Assembly (NCBI GenBank): GCA_963813155.1
Contig: CAWEYG010000002.1
Span: 672,001 to 736,000, forward strand
Source of the DNA: an uncultured Acidobacteriota bacterium
GTDB taxonomy: Bacteria; Acidobacteriota; Thermoanaerobaculia; UBA5066; DATFVB01
Length of the DNA stretch: 64,000 nucleotides
Reading direction: 5' to 3'
The position numbers and the translations under genes were made by a program. The notes below the pieces were generated by a model. That model did no database searches. It worked only from the letters and a program-made list of their open reading frames with translations, and was not told the origin of the DNA. This document shows, piece by piece, positions 10,021-20,193 of this stretch (position 1 is its first letter; each line of letters begins with the position of its first letter).

Positions 10021-10843
10021 ATGGAGACGACGATGACGAGCTCTCCCTCCGCCGGCCCGAATCTGGTCGACCGAATCCTCGCGCCGGGCGGCCTCCGGGT
10101 CGAGCTCCAGCCGATTCTCGACGTCGAGGGCCCCCTCACCGCCGTTCACTCGTACGAGTGCCTGAGCCGCGGTCCTTCGGGAACGAACATGGCGTCGGCG
10201 GATATTCTGTTCGAGTACATCCGAAGAAAGAAAATCGAGCAGAACATGGACCGCGCGTGCATCGAGGCGGGGCTGGAAACCGCAAGCCGGCTGCCCGGTC
10301 TGCCCCACTTCGCCGTCAACGTCCACGCGATCACGATCGCGACGGATCCGGACTTCCCGGACTTCCTGAAGAAGGCCGCCTCGGCGCCGGGGAATCTCGA
10401 CGTCGCGACTCACCGTGGAAATCGTCGAACACGCCCCGACCTGGCACGAGGGTTCGTTCCTGGACACGCTGACCCGCCTTCGGGAGCTCGGCGTCCAGAT
10501 CGCGCTCGACGACGTCGGGCTGGGCCACTCGAACTACAAGATGATCCTCGAGGCGAACCCCGATTACCTCAAGATCGACCGGTTCTTCGTGACGAACTGC
10601 CACAACGACCGGAAGAGGCGCGCCGTGATCCGCTCGATCGTCGAGCTCGCCCGCGACTTCGAAGCCACCGTCATCGCCGAAGGAGTCGAAAGCCGGGAGG
10701 AGTTCGACTGGCTGTGCGACCAGGGTGTGCGGCTGTTCCAGGGCTACTTCTTTTCGCGGCCCCTTCCGGTCGAAGCGTTCCTGGGAAGCGCATGGCGGGA
10801 AAATCTCGCCGTCGCAAGCTCGCACAACCGCTCCGACGCGTGA
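10021..10843 (+). CDS. Stand-alone EAL-domain protein (putative c-di-GMP phosphodiesterase), frameshift near 10384
   Basis: LQPI...YECLSRG...AVNV in one frame, then VEIVE...ALDDVGLGHS...LKID...AEGVE...QGYFFSRP in the next frame. Confidence 0.88.
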
Positions 10844-10876
10844 TCCTCTGATATCTTTCTCTTCGGAGAAAGAACC

Positions 10877-12142
10877 ATGCTCTCGAGACTTCTCTTCGCG
10901 GTTCTCGCGGCCGTTTCCGCCGCCGCACCCCCGAAACCCGAACCTTCCGCCGGCTCGATCCTGATCCGCGCGGGCCGGATCCTCGACGGCCGGGGCGGCG
11001 TCGCGACGAACCAGGCGATCTGGATCGAAGGGAGCAAGATCCGGGAAGTGGGCCCGGCGGCGAAAATCGCGCGCGGCCGAACGGCCTCCCGGGAGATCGA
11101 CCTCTCCCGCTCGACGGTTCTCCCCGGCCTGATCGACGTGCACGTGCACATCGGCTGGCACTTCAACAGGGACGGAAGGCTCCACACGGAAAAGGACGGC
11201 GAAAGCGCCGCGGAGTCGGCGTTCGCCGGGGCGGGAAACGCGGCCGCGACCCTTGCCGCCGGTTTCACGACCGTTCAGAGCGTCGGCGCTCCGGAGGACC
11301 GGGAGCTGCGCGACGCGGTCGCGCGAGGGGTCGTCGCGGGGCCGAGGATCCTGACCTCGCTCGAGCCGCTCTCGGAAGAGAGCGGCACGCCGGACCAGAT
11401 CCGCGCGCTCGTTCGCGAGCGCAAGGCCGCGGGCGCCGACGTCGTCAAGCTGTTCGCTTCGAAGAGCATTCGCGAAGGCGGGGCGCAGACGATGACCGAC
11501 GCGCAACTCTCGGCCGCCTGCGGGGAGGCGAAGGCCCTCGGCCTGCGCACGCTCGTGCACGCCCACAGCGCCGAAAGCATGCGCGCCGCGACGCTCGCGG
11601 GCTGCTCGCAGATCGAGCACGGAATTTTCGCGACGCCGGAGGTCCTGAAGCTGATGGCCGAGCGCGGAACGGTCTTCGACCCGCAATGCGGATTGATCTT
11701 CCACAATTACCTCGAAAACAAGGCGAAGTACCTCGGCATCGAGAATTATTCGGAGGCGGGCTTCGCGGCGATGGAAAAGGCCGTTCCGCTCGCGATCGAA
11801 ACCGTCCGGAAAGCGCTCGGGACCCCCGGCCTGAAGGTCGTGTTCGGAACCGACGCCGTCGCGGGCGCGCACGGGAGAAACGCCGAAGACCTCGTCTGCC
11901 GCGTCCGGGAGGTCGGCCAGGACCCTCTCCGCGCGATTCAGTCGGCGACCTCCGCCGCGGCGGAGTCGCTCGGGCTCGGCAAGGAAATCGGCGCGATCGC
12001 GCCGGGCATGGAAGCGGACCTGATCGCGGTGCCCGGCGATCCGCTCAAGGACATCGCGCTTCTGCGCAGCGTCGAATTCGTCATGAAGGGCGGCAAAGTT
12101 TTCCGCGGCCCCGAGGGCCTTGCCTCTTCTCCCGCTCGGTGA
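10877..12142 (+). CDS. Secreted metal-dependent amidohydrolase
   Basis: Signal peptide; PGLIDVHVH, GFTTV, VKLF, VHAH, IEHG, FGTDA, G(M)EADLI motifs. Confidence 0.9.
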   Translation: MLSRLLFAVLAAVSAAAPPKPEPSAGSILIRAGRILDGRGGVATNQAIWIEGSKIREVGPAAKIARGRTASREIDLSRSTVLPGLIDVHVHIGWHFNRDGRLHTEKDGESAAESAFAGAGNAAATLAAGFTTVQSVGAPEDRELRDAVARGVVAGPRILTSLEPLSEESGTPDQIRALVRERKAAGADVVKLFASKSIREGGAQTMTDAQLSAACGEAKALGLRTLVHAHSAESMRAATLAGCSQIEHGIFATPEVLKLMAERGTVFDPQCGLIFHNYLENKAKYLGIENYSEAGFAAMEKAVPLAIETVRKALGTPGLKVVFGTDAVAGAHGRNAEDLVCRVREVGQDPLRAIQSATSAAAESLGLGKEIGAIAPGMEADLIAVPGDPLKDIALLRSVEFVMKGGKVFRGPEGLASSPAR

Positions 12143-12180
12143 GAAGATTCCTCCAAATTTTTTCCGAGACAGGAGGATTC

Positions 12181-12768
12181 ATGTCGAAGGGATCGATCGG
12201 AGTTGGGGTCCTGCTCGCCGTCGCGAGCCTGGGCGCGATGGCGGCGACACAGAAGTCCGCGGGAAAGAGCGGCGGCGCTGCGGTCGCGCGCGGGAAGTAT
12301 CTCGTGACGACTTCCGCCTGCAACGACTGCCACACGCCGAAGAAGATGGGCCCGAACGGGCCGGAACTGGATACGAGCCGCCTGCTCGCGGGCCACGTCG
12401 CCGTCAAGATGCCCCCGCCGCCGGCTTCCTCCGGCCCGTGGATGATCCACACGAACGACCAGCTCACGGCCTGGGCGGGACCCTGGGGCATCAGCTACAC
12501 GAGGAATCTGACGCCCGACCCGAACACCGGCATCGGGAGCTGGACGGAGGAAACGTTCATCAAGGCCATCCGGACCGGCAAGCACATGGGCGTCTCGCGC
12601 CCGATTCTGCCCCCGATGCCGTGGCAGGTGTACAGCCAGATGACCGACGCCGATCTGAAAGCGATCTACGCCTACCTGAGGACGATTCCCGCGATCGAGA
12701 ACCCAACGCCCGACCCGATTCCTCCTCCGGCGGCGCCCGCGCCGAAGCCGGCCGGAAAGAAGCCGTAG
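12181..12768 (+). CDS. Periplasmic mono-heme cytochrome c
   Basis: AGGAGG RBS, ATG 12181; signal peptide, ARGKYLV..ACNDCHTP, NLTPDP.TGIG.W, PPMPW, DLKAIYAYLR. Confidence 0.88.
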   Translation: MSKGSIGVGVLLAVASLGAMAATQKSAGKSGGAAVARGKYLVTTSACNDCHTPKKMGPNGPELDTSRLLAGHVAVKMPPPPASSGPWMIHTNDQLTAWAGPWGISYTRNLTPDPNTGIGSWTEETFIKAIRTGKHMGVSRPILPPMPWQVYSQMTDADLKAIYAYLRTIPAIENPTPDPIPPPAAPAPKPAGKKP

Positions 12769-13730
12769 AACTCTCTCTTTCGCTCGTCGAAGAGGCCGCG
12801 GAGCAGCTCCGCGGCCAGATCCTCGCGACGCCTCTCGAAGAGTCCCCGGAACTTTCCCGGCTCGCCGGGTCGCCCGTCTGGCTGAAGCTGGAAAACCTCC
12901 AGAAGACGGGATCGTTCAAAATCCGGGGAGCTCTCTTCCAGCTCGCCGGCCTGTCGGAAAGCGAGAAAAAGCTCGGCGTCGTCACCTGTTCGGCCGGCAA
13001 CCACGGAAAGGCGGTCGCCGAGGCGGCGAAGCGGTCCGGCGTCCCGGCGACCGTGTGCGTGCCCAAGACGGTCGACGCCTCGAAGCTGCACGGCATCGTC
13101 GCGCGCGGCGCGGAGGTCCGGATCTCCGAATTCCGCGGCTACGACGAGACGCAGGACTGGGCGATCGAGCTCGCGAAACGCGAGGGCAAGCCGTTTCTCT
13201 CCGCCTTCGACGACGTGCGCGTGATGGCGGCGAACGGCGGCACCCTGGCCCGCGAAGTCCTGGACGAGATCCCCGCCGCGGCGACCTTCCTGCTTCCGGT
13301 CGGCGGCGGAGGGCTCTCCGCCGGCTTTTCGTTCGTCGCGAAAAATCGCAACCCGGGCTCGCTCGTGGTCGGCTGCCAGCACGAAAGCTCTCCGGGCCTC
13401 GCCCTCTCCCTCGAAGCGGGCCGCGCCATCACCCGGCTTCCGCCGGCGGAGACGCTGGCCGGAGGAATCGAAGGAGGGATCGGCGAGCTCCCTTTCGAGG
13501 TTCTCCGATCCCGCGTCGATCGCGTCGCCCTCCTCTCCGAAGAGGAACTGCTCGGAGCGGTCGTCTGGATGCTCGAGAATCATCAGCACGTCATCGAGCC
13601 CTCCGCGGCGGCGGCGATCGCCGCCGTTCTCACGGGGAAGGCGGGGGCCCTGGCCGGGCCGGCCGTGATCGTCGTGACGGGACGCAACGTCGCCGCGTCG
13701 ACGTACAAGCGAATCCTCGGCAAAAGCTAG
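12765..13730 (+). CDS. PLP-dependent threonine/serine dehydratase family protein (start uncertain)
   Basis: TPLEES...KLENLQKTGSFKIRGA, SAGNHG, PVGGGGL, IEPSAA, TGRN; no canonical start codon seen before the conserved N-terminus. Confidence 0.85.
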   Translation, partial: VELSLSLVEEAAEQLRGQILATPLEESPELSRLAGSPVWLKLENLQKTGSFKIRGALFQLAGLSESEKKLGVVTCSAGNHGKAVAEAAKRSGVPATVCVPKTVDASKLHGIVARGAEVRISEFRGYDETQDWAIELAKREGKPFLSAFDDVRVMAANGGTLAREVLDEIPAAATFLLPVGGGGLSAGFSFVAKNRNPGSLVVGCQHESSPGLALSLEAGRAITRLPPAETLAGGIEGGIGELPFEVLRSRVDRVALLSEEELLGAVVWMLENHQHVIEPSAAAAIAAVLTGKAGALAGPAVIVVTGRNVAASTYKRILGKS

Positions 13731-13731
13731 A

Positions 13732-16700
13732 ATGGCCAGCGTCATGCTCGAAAAATTCGGTCCCGCCGACCGGCGCTTCGTCCTCGCGTGCGCGGCGGCC
13801 ATCGCGATCTGCGGGGCGGTCGGGGCGCGACTGTTTCCGCGCGCCTTCCCGGAGGCGGCGCTCGTTCTCAAGGTGCAGCCGAAGCAGGCCGGGGAAATCG
13901 CCGGAAGCGTGCTGTCCCGCGAGTCCGCCTTCCCGGCGGAGGCGCTCCGGGGCGAGTCGGGCTGGCACCACGCGTTCCGATTCGCCGTCGACGACACGCC
14001 GAAGGTCTACCTCGAGCGGACGCTCGGGCTGAAGCGGGCGAATGCGTTCTTCGGGCGCGAGGCGAAAGTCTGGAGATGGGAGCTCCGCTGGTTTCGCTCG
14101 GGCCAGAAGGAAGAGTGGAGAGCCTCCGTGACGCCGCTCGGAGATTTTGCCGGGTTCTCCCACCTCGTGCCGGAAGCGGCAGCGGGATCGCGTCTTGCGG
14201 CGCCGCAGGCTCGCGCCCTCGCCGAGGCCTACCTCCAGCGGCGCGGAATCGCCCCGTCGGCGGTCGATCTCGTCGAATCCGCCCCGCAGACCCTCCCGCA
14301 GCGGGTGGACTGGAACCTCGTCTTCGAAAAGCGCGGCGTTCGTCTCGGCGAGGCGACGATTCGGTACCGCGTGCAGCTCCAGGGAGAGCGCGTCGGCGCG
14401 TTCTCCGAATTCGTGAAAGTCCCCGAGCAATGGGAGCGCGACTACGCGCGGCTGCGCTCTTCCAACGATTCGGCATCCCAGGTCGACGCCCTCTTCCTCC
14501 TCCTGACGATCGTCGCGATGATCGCGGTGCTCGTCCAGAAGACAATCCGGAAGGACGTTCCGTGGAAGCTCGTCGCGGGATTCTGCGGGGCAGCCTTCGT
14601 TCTGGCCTTCCTCTCGATCGTCAACGGATTTTCCGTCTCGGGCTTCGACTACAGCACTTCGAGCCCGTACTCCGCATTCCTCGTCCAGCGAATCACGTTC
14701 GCCGTCCTTTCCGCGCTCGGGCAGGCCGTCCTGATCGGCGTCGTCGTCGCCTCGGGCGAGCCGGCGTTTCGCGAACAGTTCCCGAAAAAGATCTCGATTC
14801 CCGGAGTGTTCTCGCGGCGCGGGCTGCGAAGCCGCACCTGCTTCCGAGGGATCGTCCTCGGTTACGCCCTGACGGCGTTTTTCTTCGCCTACCAGGCGGT
14901 TTTCTACGTCGTCGCGGCGCGGTTCGGCGCGTGGGCGCCCGCGGAGGTTCCTTACGACGACATCCTGAACACGACCTTTCCGTGGGCGACGGTCCTCTTC
15001 ATGGGATTTTTCCCCGCCGTGTCGGAAGAATTCATCAGCCGCATCTTCTCGATTTCTTTTCTCGACCGGATTTTTCGGTCGAAGGCGCTCGCGATCGTCC
15101 TGCCGGCGTTCATCTGGGGGTTCGGCCACTCGAGCTACCCGAACCAGCCGTTCTTCATCCGGGGACTGGAGGTCGGCCTCGCAGGCCTCCTCGTGGGCGT
15201 CGTGTTCTGGAAGTACGGGATCGTGCCGATCCTCGTGTGGCACTTCACCGTCGACGCGACCTACACGGCCCTCCTGCTGTTGCGATCCGGCAATGCGTAC
15301 TACGCGCTCTCGGGCGCGATTTCCGCGGGCGCGCTGCTGATCCCCCTTGTCGCGAGCATCGTCGCGCTCCGGCGTTTCGGAGGCTTCGAGCCGGAAACGG
15401 GCCTGACGAACGCCGACCTGGGCTTCGTGCCCGCTCCCGCCCGAGCCGAGGAGGAGATTTCCGCGGAAACCGCGCCGCGGCCGCTCTCCCCGTCGGCTCT
15501 TCGCGCGAGCGTGATCGTGCTCGTTCCTCTCGCTCTGCTCTTCTTTCTTCCCGCGGGGATTCCCGGCGGCGATCTCCGCGACGCCGTGGGTCGCGACGGC
15601 GCGATCGCCGCGGGAAAGGCGTTTCTGCGCGCCAACGGAGGCGACCCCTCGCGTTACCGGCTCGCCTCCTACGGCGCGACCGGCTTCGCCGAGGAACGGG
15701 ACATGGCGCAGGCCAATCCCGAGGAGACGGCGCAGTTCGCGGCGTTTTCGGAGGACGCGGCGCGTTACGTGCTCCGCGAGGGGGGAGCGAAGGACTTCGA
15801 CCGGCTCGCCGGGCGGGACCTGCCGACGGAGCTCTGGGCCCTGCGGTTCGTTGCGCCCGGAGACAAGCGGGAATGGAAGCTTCTGATCGACGCGCAAACC
15901 GGCCGCATCGCGGCGTTCGCGCATCCTCTCGAAGAAGACGACTCGGCCGCGCAGGCGGGCGGGCTCGCTCTCGAGACCGCAAAGCAGAGGGCTCTGCGAG
16001 CGGCCGGCAAGCTCGGCTACCGGAGCGCGTCGTACGCGGTCGTCGACGCGGGAGTCCAGACGCGCCCCCATCGCGTCGACACCCGGATCGTGCTCGAGGC
16101 CGCCGCCGACGGCGTGGCCGCTGCCCGGCCGAGACTGGTCGCGGTGTTCCACGGCTCGATGCTCGGGGCCTTCTATCCGGTCATTCGCGTTCCGGAGGAC
16201 TACCTTCGATCGCGAGAATCGCAGGGCCCGTTGTACTGGATCGCCGTCTGCGCGAAGCTCGTCGCCTCGGCGCTTCTGCTCGGCTGCGGCCTGTTCGTCG
16301 TTCTCGACCAGTTTCGCCGGCCGGGTTTTCGCTGGAAGTGGCTCGCCGCGCCGATCGCCCTTGCGGCGATTTTTTCCGCTGTCGACGCCGCGAACGGCGT
16401 TCCGCAGATCTGGCGCGCGTACCGCACGGTCATCCCCGTTTCCCTGTTCCGGGTGAGCGCGGCGGTGGGAGTCCTGATCCGCGCGCTCGGAGTGTCGATC
16501 GCGGCCCTCGTCGGCTGCGTGCTCCTCGACGGGGTGAGGCCTCGCTGGACCCGGCGGTGGAGATTTTCGGGCAGCGCTTCGAGCTCTTTCCTTCGCGCAG
16601 CGCTCGCGGCGATCGGCTTCGCCGAGGCCGCGCGGCTGAAGGCCGTCCTCGCGCTTCGGTTCCCGGCGAGCTTCGGCGCGGAACCCGGCCTTCCGCCGCC

Positions 16701-17145
16701 GGCCAACGCCGCGATTCCCGCGCTGCGGATCCTGACCTCGGGAGCCTTTCGGCTGTTTCTCCTGACCGCGGTCGCGTCCGCCGCCGTGCTCGCCACGAGG
16801 TCGGTTCGCTTCTCCGCCCCGCGCCTCCGCGTCCTTGCGGCCTTTCTCGTTTTTCTCCTCGCGGTGCCGATCGGCGCGAAGTCTCCGGGAGAAGCTCTCT
16901 GGCCAACGCTCGCGCTCGCCGCGGCGCTCGCCTGGGCGGGATTCTCGTTCTTCGTGCTTCTCGCCGACGATCCGGCGGCCTGGCTGTGCTTCGGCGCCCT
17001 CGCGCTCGTGGGGGCGCCCGCTCTGGAACTGCTCGGCCAGGCTGCGCGCGCCGACAGGGTTCAGGGCGGGATCGCGCTCGCGGCCGCAGGTCTCGTCGTC
17101 GCGTGGATTTTCGTGCGCCGAATCGACGCTTCCCGCCTCGCGTGA
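13732..17145 (+). CDS. Large multi-pass membrane protein with a CPBP (CAAX/Abi) intramembrane glutamic endopeptidase domain
   Basis: AVSEEFISR (EExxxR), WGFGH (FxxxH-like), VWHFTVD (HxxxD/N); many TM helices; two related extracytoplasmic domains. Confidence 0.82.
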   Translation: MASVMLEKFGPADRRFVLACAAAIAICGAVGARLFPRAFPEAALVLKVQPKQAGEIAGSVLSRESAFPAEALRGESGWHHAFRFAVDDTPKVYLERTLGLKRANAFFGREAKVWRWELRWFRSGQKEEWRASVTPLGDFAGFSHLVPEAAAGSRLAAPQARALAEAYLQRRGIAPSAVDLVESAPQTLPQRVDWNLVFEKRGVRLGEATIRYRVQLQGERVGAFSEFVKVPEQWERDYARLRSSNDSASQVDALFLLLTIVAMIAVLVQKTIRKDVPWKLVAGFCGAAFVLAFLSIVNGFSVSGFDYSTSSPYSAFLVQRITFAVLSALGQAVLIGVVVASGEPAFREQFPKKISIPGVFSRRGLRSRTCFRGIVLGYALTAFFFAYQAVFYVVAARFGAWAPAEVPYDDILNTTFPWATVLFMGFFPAVSEEFISRIFSISFLDRIFRSKALAIVLPAFIWGFGHSSYPNQPFFIRGLEVGLAGLLVGVVFWKYGIVPILVWHFTVDATYTALLLLRSGNAYYALSGAISAGALLIPLVASIVALRRFGGFEPETGLTNADLGFVPAPARAEEEISAETAPRPLSPSALRASVIVLVPLALLFFLPAGIPGGDLRDAVGRDGAIAAGKAFLRANGGDPSRYRLASYGATGFAEERDMAQANPEETAQFAAFSEDAARYVLREGGAKDFDRLAGRDLPTELWALRFVAPGDKREWKLLIDAQTGRIAAFAHPLEEDDSAAQAGGLALETAKQRALRAAGKLGYRSASYAVVDAGVQTRPHRVDTRIVLEAAADGVAAARPRLVAVFHGSMLGAFYPVIRVPEDYLRSRESQGPLYWIAVCAKLVASALLLGCGLFVVLDQFRRPGFRWKWLAAPIALAAIFSAVDAANGVPQIWRAYRTVIPVSLFRVSAAVGVLIRALGVSIAALVGCVLLDGVRPRWTRRWRFSGSASSSFLRAALAAIGFAEAARLKAVLALRFPASFGAEPGLPPPANAAIPALRILTSGAFRLFLLTAVASAAVLATRSVRFSAPRLRVLAAFLVFLLAVPIGAKSPGEALWPTLALAAALAWAGFSFFVLLADDPAAWLCFGALALVGAPALELLGQAARADRVQGGIALAAAGLVVAWIFVRRIDASRLA

Positions 17146-17209
17146 GCGGGAATTCTTTGCCGCCTTCGGCCGTTGGCGGGTCAAAGAGAACAGAAAAAGG
17201 AGAATAAGA

Positions 17210-17791
17210 ATGCGAATGAACAGGATCTTCCCGATCGCGGCTCTCGTCTTGAACGCCGGCTTCCTGTTCGCGGCGCCGTCGATCGGCGGCCGCGCGCCGG
17301 ACTTCTCCCTCCCGGCCGCCGCGGGAGGCCAGTCCTTTTCCCTGTCGCAGGAGCTCGCGAAACACCGGCTGACCGTACTGATGTTCATCGCGACGCGTTG
17401 CCCGTTTTCCAATGCCTACAACGAACGGATGGAGCGGCTCAGCTCCGACTACGCCGCGAAAAATGTGGCGTTCGTCGGAATCAACAGCAACGAGGGAGAG
17501 CCGGCCTCGGCTGTCGTCGAGCATGCCCGGTCCCACGGGCTGACGTTTCCGATTCTCAAGGACGGCGGGAGCCGCGTCGCCGACCTTTTCGGCGCCCAGC
17601 GAACCCCGGAGATCTTCGTCATCGACGGGTCGGGGACGCTCCGCTACCACGGAAGAATCGACGAGAGCGCGGACAATCCTTCCGGCGTGCGCTCCCCGGA
17701 CCTGCGAAACGCTCTGGACGCTCTTCTCGCCGGCCGGGACGTTCCGGCCGCCGAAACGAAGGCCTTCGGCTGCAGCATCAAGCGTCCTTGA
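17210..17791 (+). CDS. Exported thioredoxin-fold (AhpC/TSA-like) protein
   Basis: AAGGAG RBS, ATG 17210; APDFSLP, ATRCPFS, GINSN, GAQRTPE, YHGRID, AFGCSIK. Confidence 0.88.
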   Translation: MRMNRIFPIAALVLNAGFLFAAPSIGGRAPDFSLPAAAGGQSFSLSQELAKHRLTVLMFIATRCPFSNAYNERMERLSSDYAAKNVAFVGINSNEGEPASAVVEHARSHGLTFPILKDGGSRVADLFGAQRTPEIFVIDGSGTLRYHGRIDESADNPSGVRSPDLRNALDALLAGRDVPAAETKAFGCSIKRP

Positions 17792-18274
17792 AGGCCGTCC
17801 TCGGAGCCGGGTTTCTCCTCTGTCTTTCCGCGGCCACTGGCGGCGCGCGTCGTCCCGGTTCGGCCGGAAGAGTTCCGATCGCGGATCGTCGCGCCCCATC
17901 GGGGCCGCGTGCTGGCCGTCAATTTCTGGGCGACCTGGTGCGAGCCCTGCCGGCAGGAAATGCCCGATCTGGTCGAGGCCGCGCGCCGGCACGCGCGCGA
18001 AGGGCTCGACGTCGTTTTGGTCTCCGCGGACTTTCGAAAAGACCTGCCGGCCGTCGAGCGGTTCCTGCGGCGTTTCCGGGTTCCGTTCTCCTGCTTTCTC
18101 GAGGAGTCGCAGGACCCTCAGGCGTTCATCGACGCGGTCGATCCGAAGTGGGGCGGCGAGCTTCCGCGCACGATCGTCTACGACAGGACGGGAGCGGCGC
18201 GCGCTTCGCTGTCCTCGCGCCAGACCCGCGACGGGTTCGAGCAAGCGTTTCGGAATGCCCTCGGGAAACGGTGA
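17788..18274 (+). CDS. TlpA-family disulfide reductase, frameshift near 17833
   Basis: TTG 17788 signal-like N-terminus (MKAVLGAGFLLCLSA), then VNFWATWCEPCRQEMP...GELPRT in the shifted frame. Confidence 0.85.
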
Positions 18275-18286
18275 GGCGGCTTCCGG

Positions 18287-20120
18287 TCACGAGTGCGGGG
18301 CTTCGAGCACCGCGCGCAGCGTGAGCGCAGCTCCGTCGCGAAGCACGCCGACCTCGACCTCGTCGCCGGGACGGCACTCCGAAATCGCGATCGTGTAGTC
18401 GTCGCCGCTCCGGATGTCGTGTTTTCCGAAACGGACGACGACGTCGCCGGCGTGAAGGCCCGCCTTCGCCGCGGGGCTGCCGGCGCGCACGCCCGCCAGT
18501 TTCACGCCCTTCGGTTTCGCTCGCGGAGTCGGGAATCGATCCGAACCAGACGCGGAACTGCCGGGACGGAGACGCGGTCGTCGGGGGCAGCTCGTGGAAG
18601 GCCGGGTGTTCCCGCCCCTCGGCCACCCGGAGCGCGCATCGCTCGATCAGGCGGAGAACGTCCGCCTCCCCTTCCGCGTTGATCTTGTCGGCCGTGTCGC
18701 TCGGCTTGTGGTAGTCGGGATGGGCGCCGGTGAAGAAAAACAGCACCGGAATCTTCGCGAGGTAGAAGGATTGCTGGTCGCTCGCTCCAAATCCGCCTTC
18801 GGTCTTCTGGAGGGATAGCCTCGACGCCCCCTCGCGGTTCGCCGCAACGACGAGCGGCTCCCAGGACGGCGACGTTCCCATCCCGATCACGGTCAGCTTC
18901 CGATCGCGAAGCCTTCCGATCATGTCCATGTTGAACATCGCGACGGTGGATTCGGTCGGGACGAGGGGATGGGCGACGTAATGAATCGAACCGAGCAGGC
19001 CCAGCTCCTCGCCGGAAAACGCGAGAAACACGATGCTTCTCTTCGGGCGATGCGATCGCGAGGCGAGATCCTCGGCGAGCGCGATCACTCCCGCGGCGCC
19101 AGAGGCGTTGTCGTCGGCGCCGTGGTGCACGGCGGGCGAGGAGGTGTCCGCGAGCGAGCTCGGGCCTCCCATTCCGAGGTGATCGTAGTGCGCGCCGATG
19201 ACGACGTACTCGTTCTTGAGAATCGGGTCGCTCCCTTCGAGCAGCGCGGCGACGTTGTCCGCCGACTTTCGAACCTTGCGAACGTCGGCGGAAAGCGAGA
19301 CGCGGACCCGGAGCGGCACGGCGAGCGCGCCCTCGGCGAGCTTCGACTCCGCGGCCCCGAGCGTCCAACCCGCGGTCGCGAGCCACGATTCGGCGATCGA
19401 ACGCCTCACGAGAAAAACGGGAATTCCCTCGTTCGCAAAATTCCGGCTTGCGGACGGGTCCGGAAGGTCGGAGTCCCGCCGGGCCGCGACGAGGACGGCG
19501 GCGGCGCCCCGATCCCGGGCGAACAGGATTTTGTGGTGCATTCCGCCGAAATCCGACAGGGGCGAGCGGGAATCGTTGCCCGGCGCCCCGGCCAGGAGCA
19601 CGACGATCTTCCCCCGGACGTCGGCGTCTCCATAATCGTCCCGGGCGGGGTCTCGCGCGACGATCCCGTACCCGGCGAAAACGGCGTCCCCCTCCGCCCG
19701 GCCGTTCCCCGAGAGGCTCGAGGCGACGAACTCCGAGTTGAGCCGGTACTCGAAATACTTTCCCGAATGTTGCGCCGACAGGAAATTGTTCTTCCCCTCG
19801 GCGACGCCGGCCGCGAACGAGAAGGGCTGGAAGAATCCGCTTCCATCCAGAACGGCGCCGACGTCTCCTTGCCGGGAAGTCCCGAGCGGCTTCAGCCCGG
19901 CCTCCTGGAACGCGGCGGCGATGTACCGGGCCGCCCCTTCCGCGCCCTCCGAGCCGGTCGCGCGCCCCGCGAGAACGTCGGACGCGAGGTATTCGACCCT
20001 CTGCCGGACGGACGCGGCGGCGATCTCGGCCCGGGACGTCCCGGCGAGAAGGCAGGCGCAGACCGCCAGCCCGACCGCACGGCCTGCCGCGACTCGATTT
20101 CCCTTGCGGGACAATGGCAT
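18287..20120 (-). CDS. M28-family aminopeptidase with PA and C-terminal PDZ domains, frameshift near 18510
   Basis: GAHYDHLG, GADDNASG, FSGEELGLLGS, NMDMIG, SDQ, YHKPSD; PDZ segment (VRAGSPAAKAGLHAGDVVV) in ORF 18287..18505. Confidence 0.9.
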
Positions 20121-20193
20121 CCAAGAATTCTACTCTCGCGGCGTGCCGGCGACGGCGCGGATATACTTTCCGAAAAATGACATCTTCGTTCCG

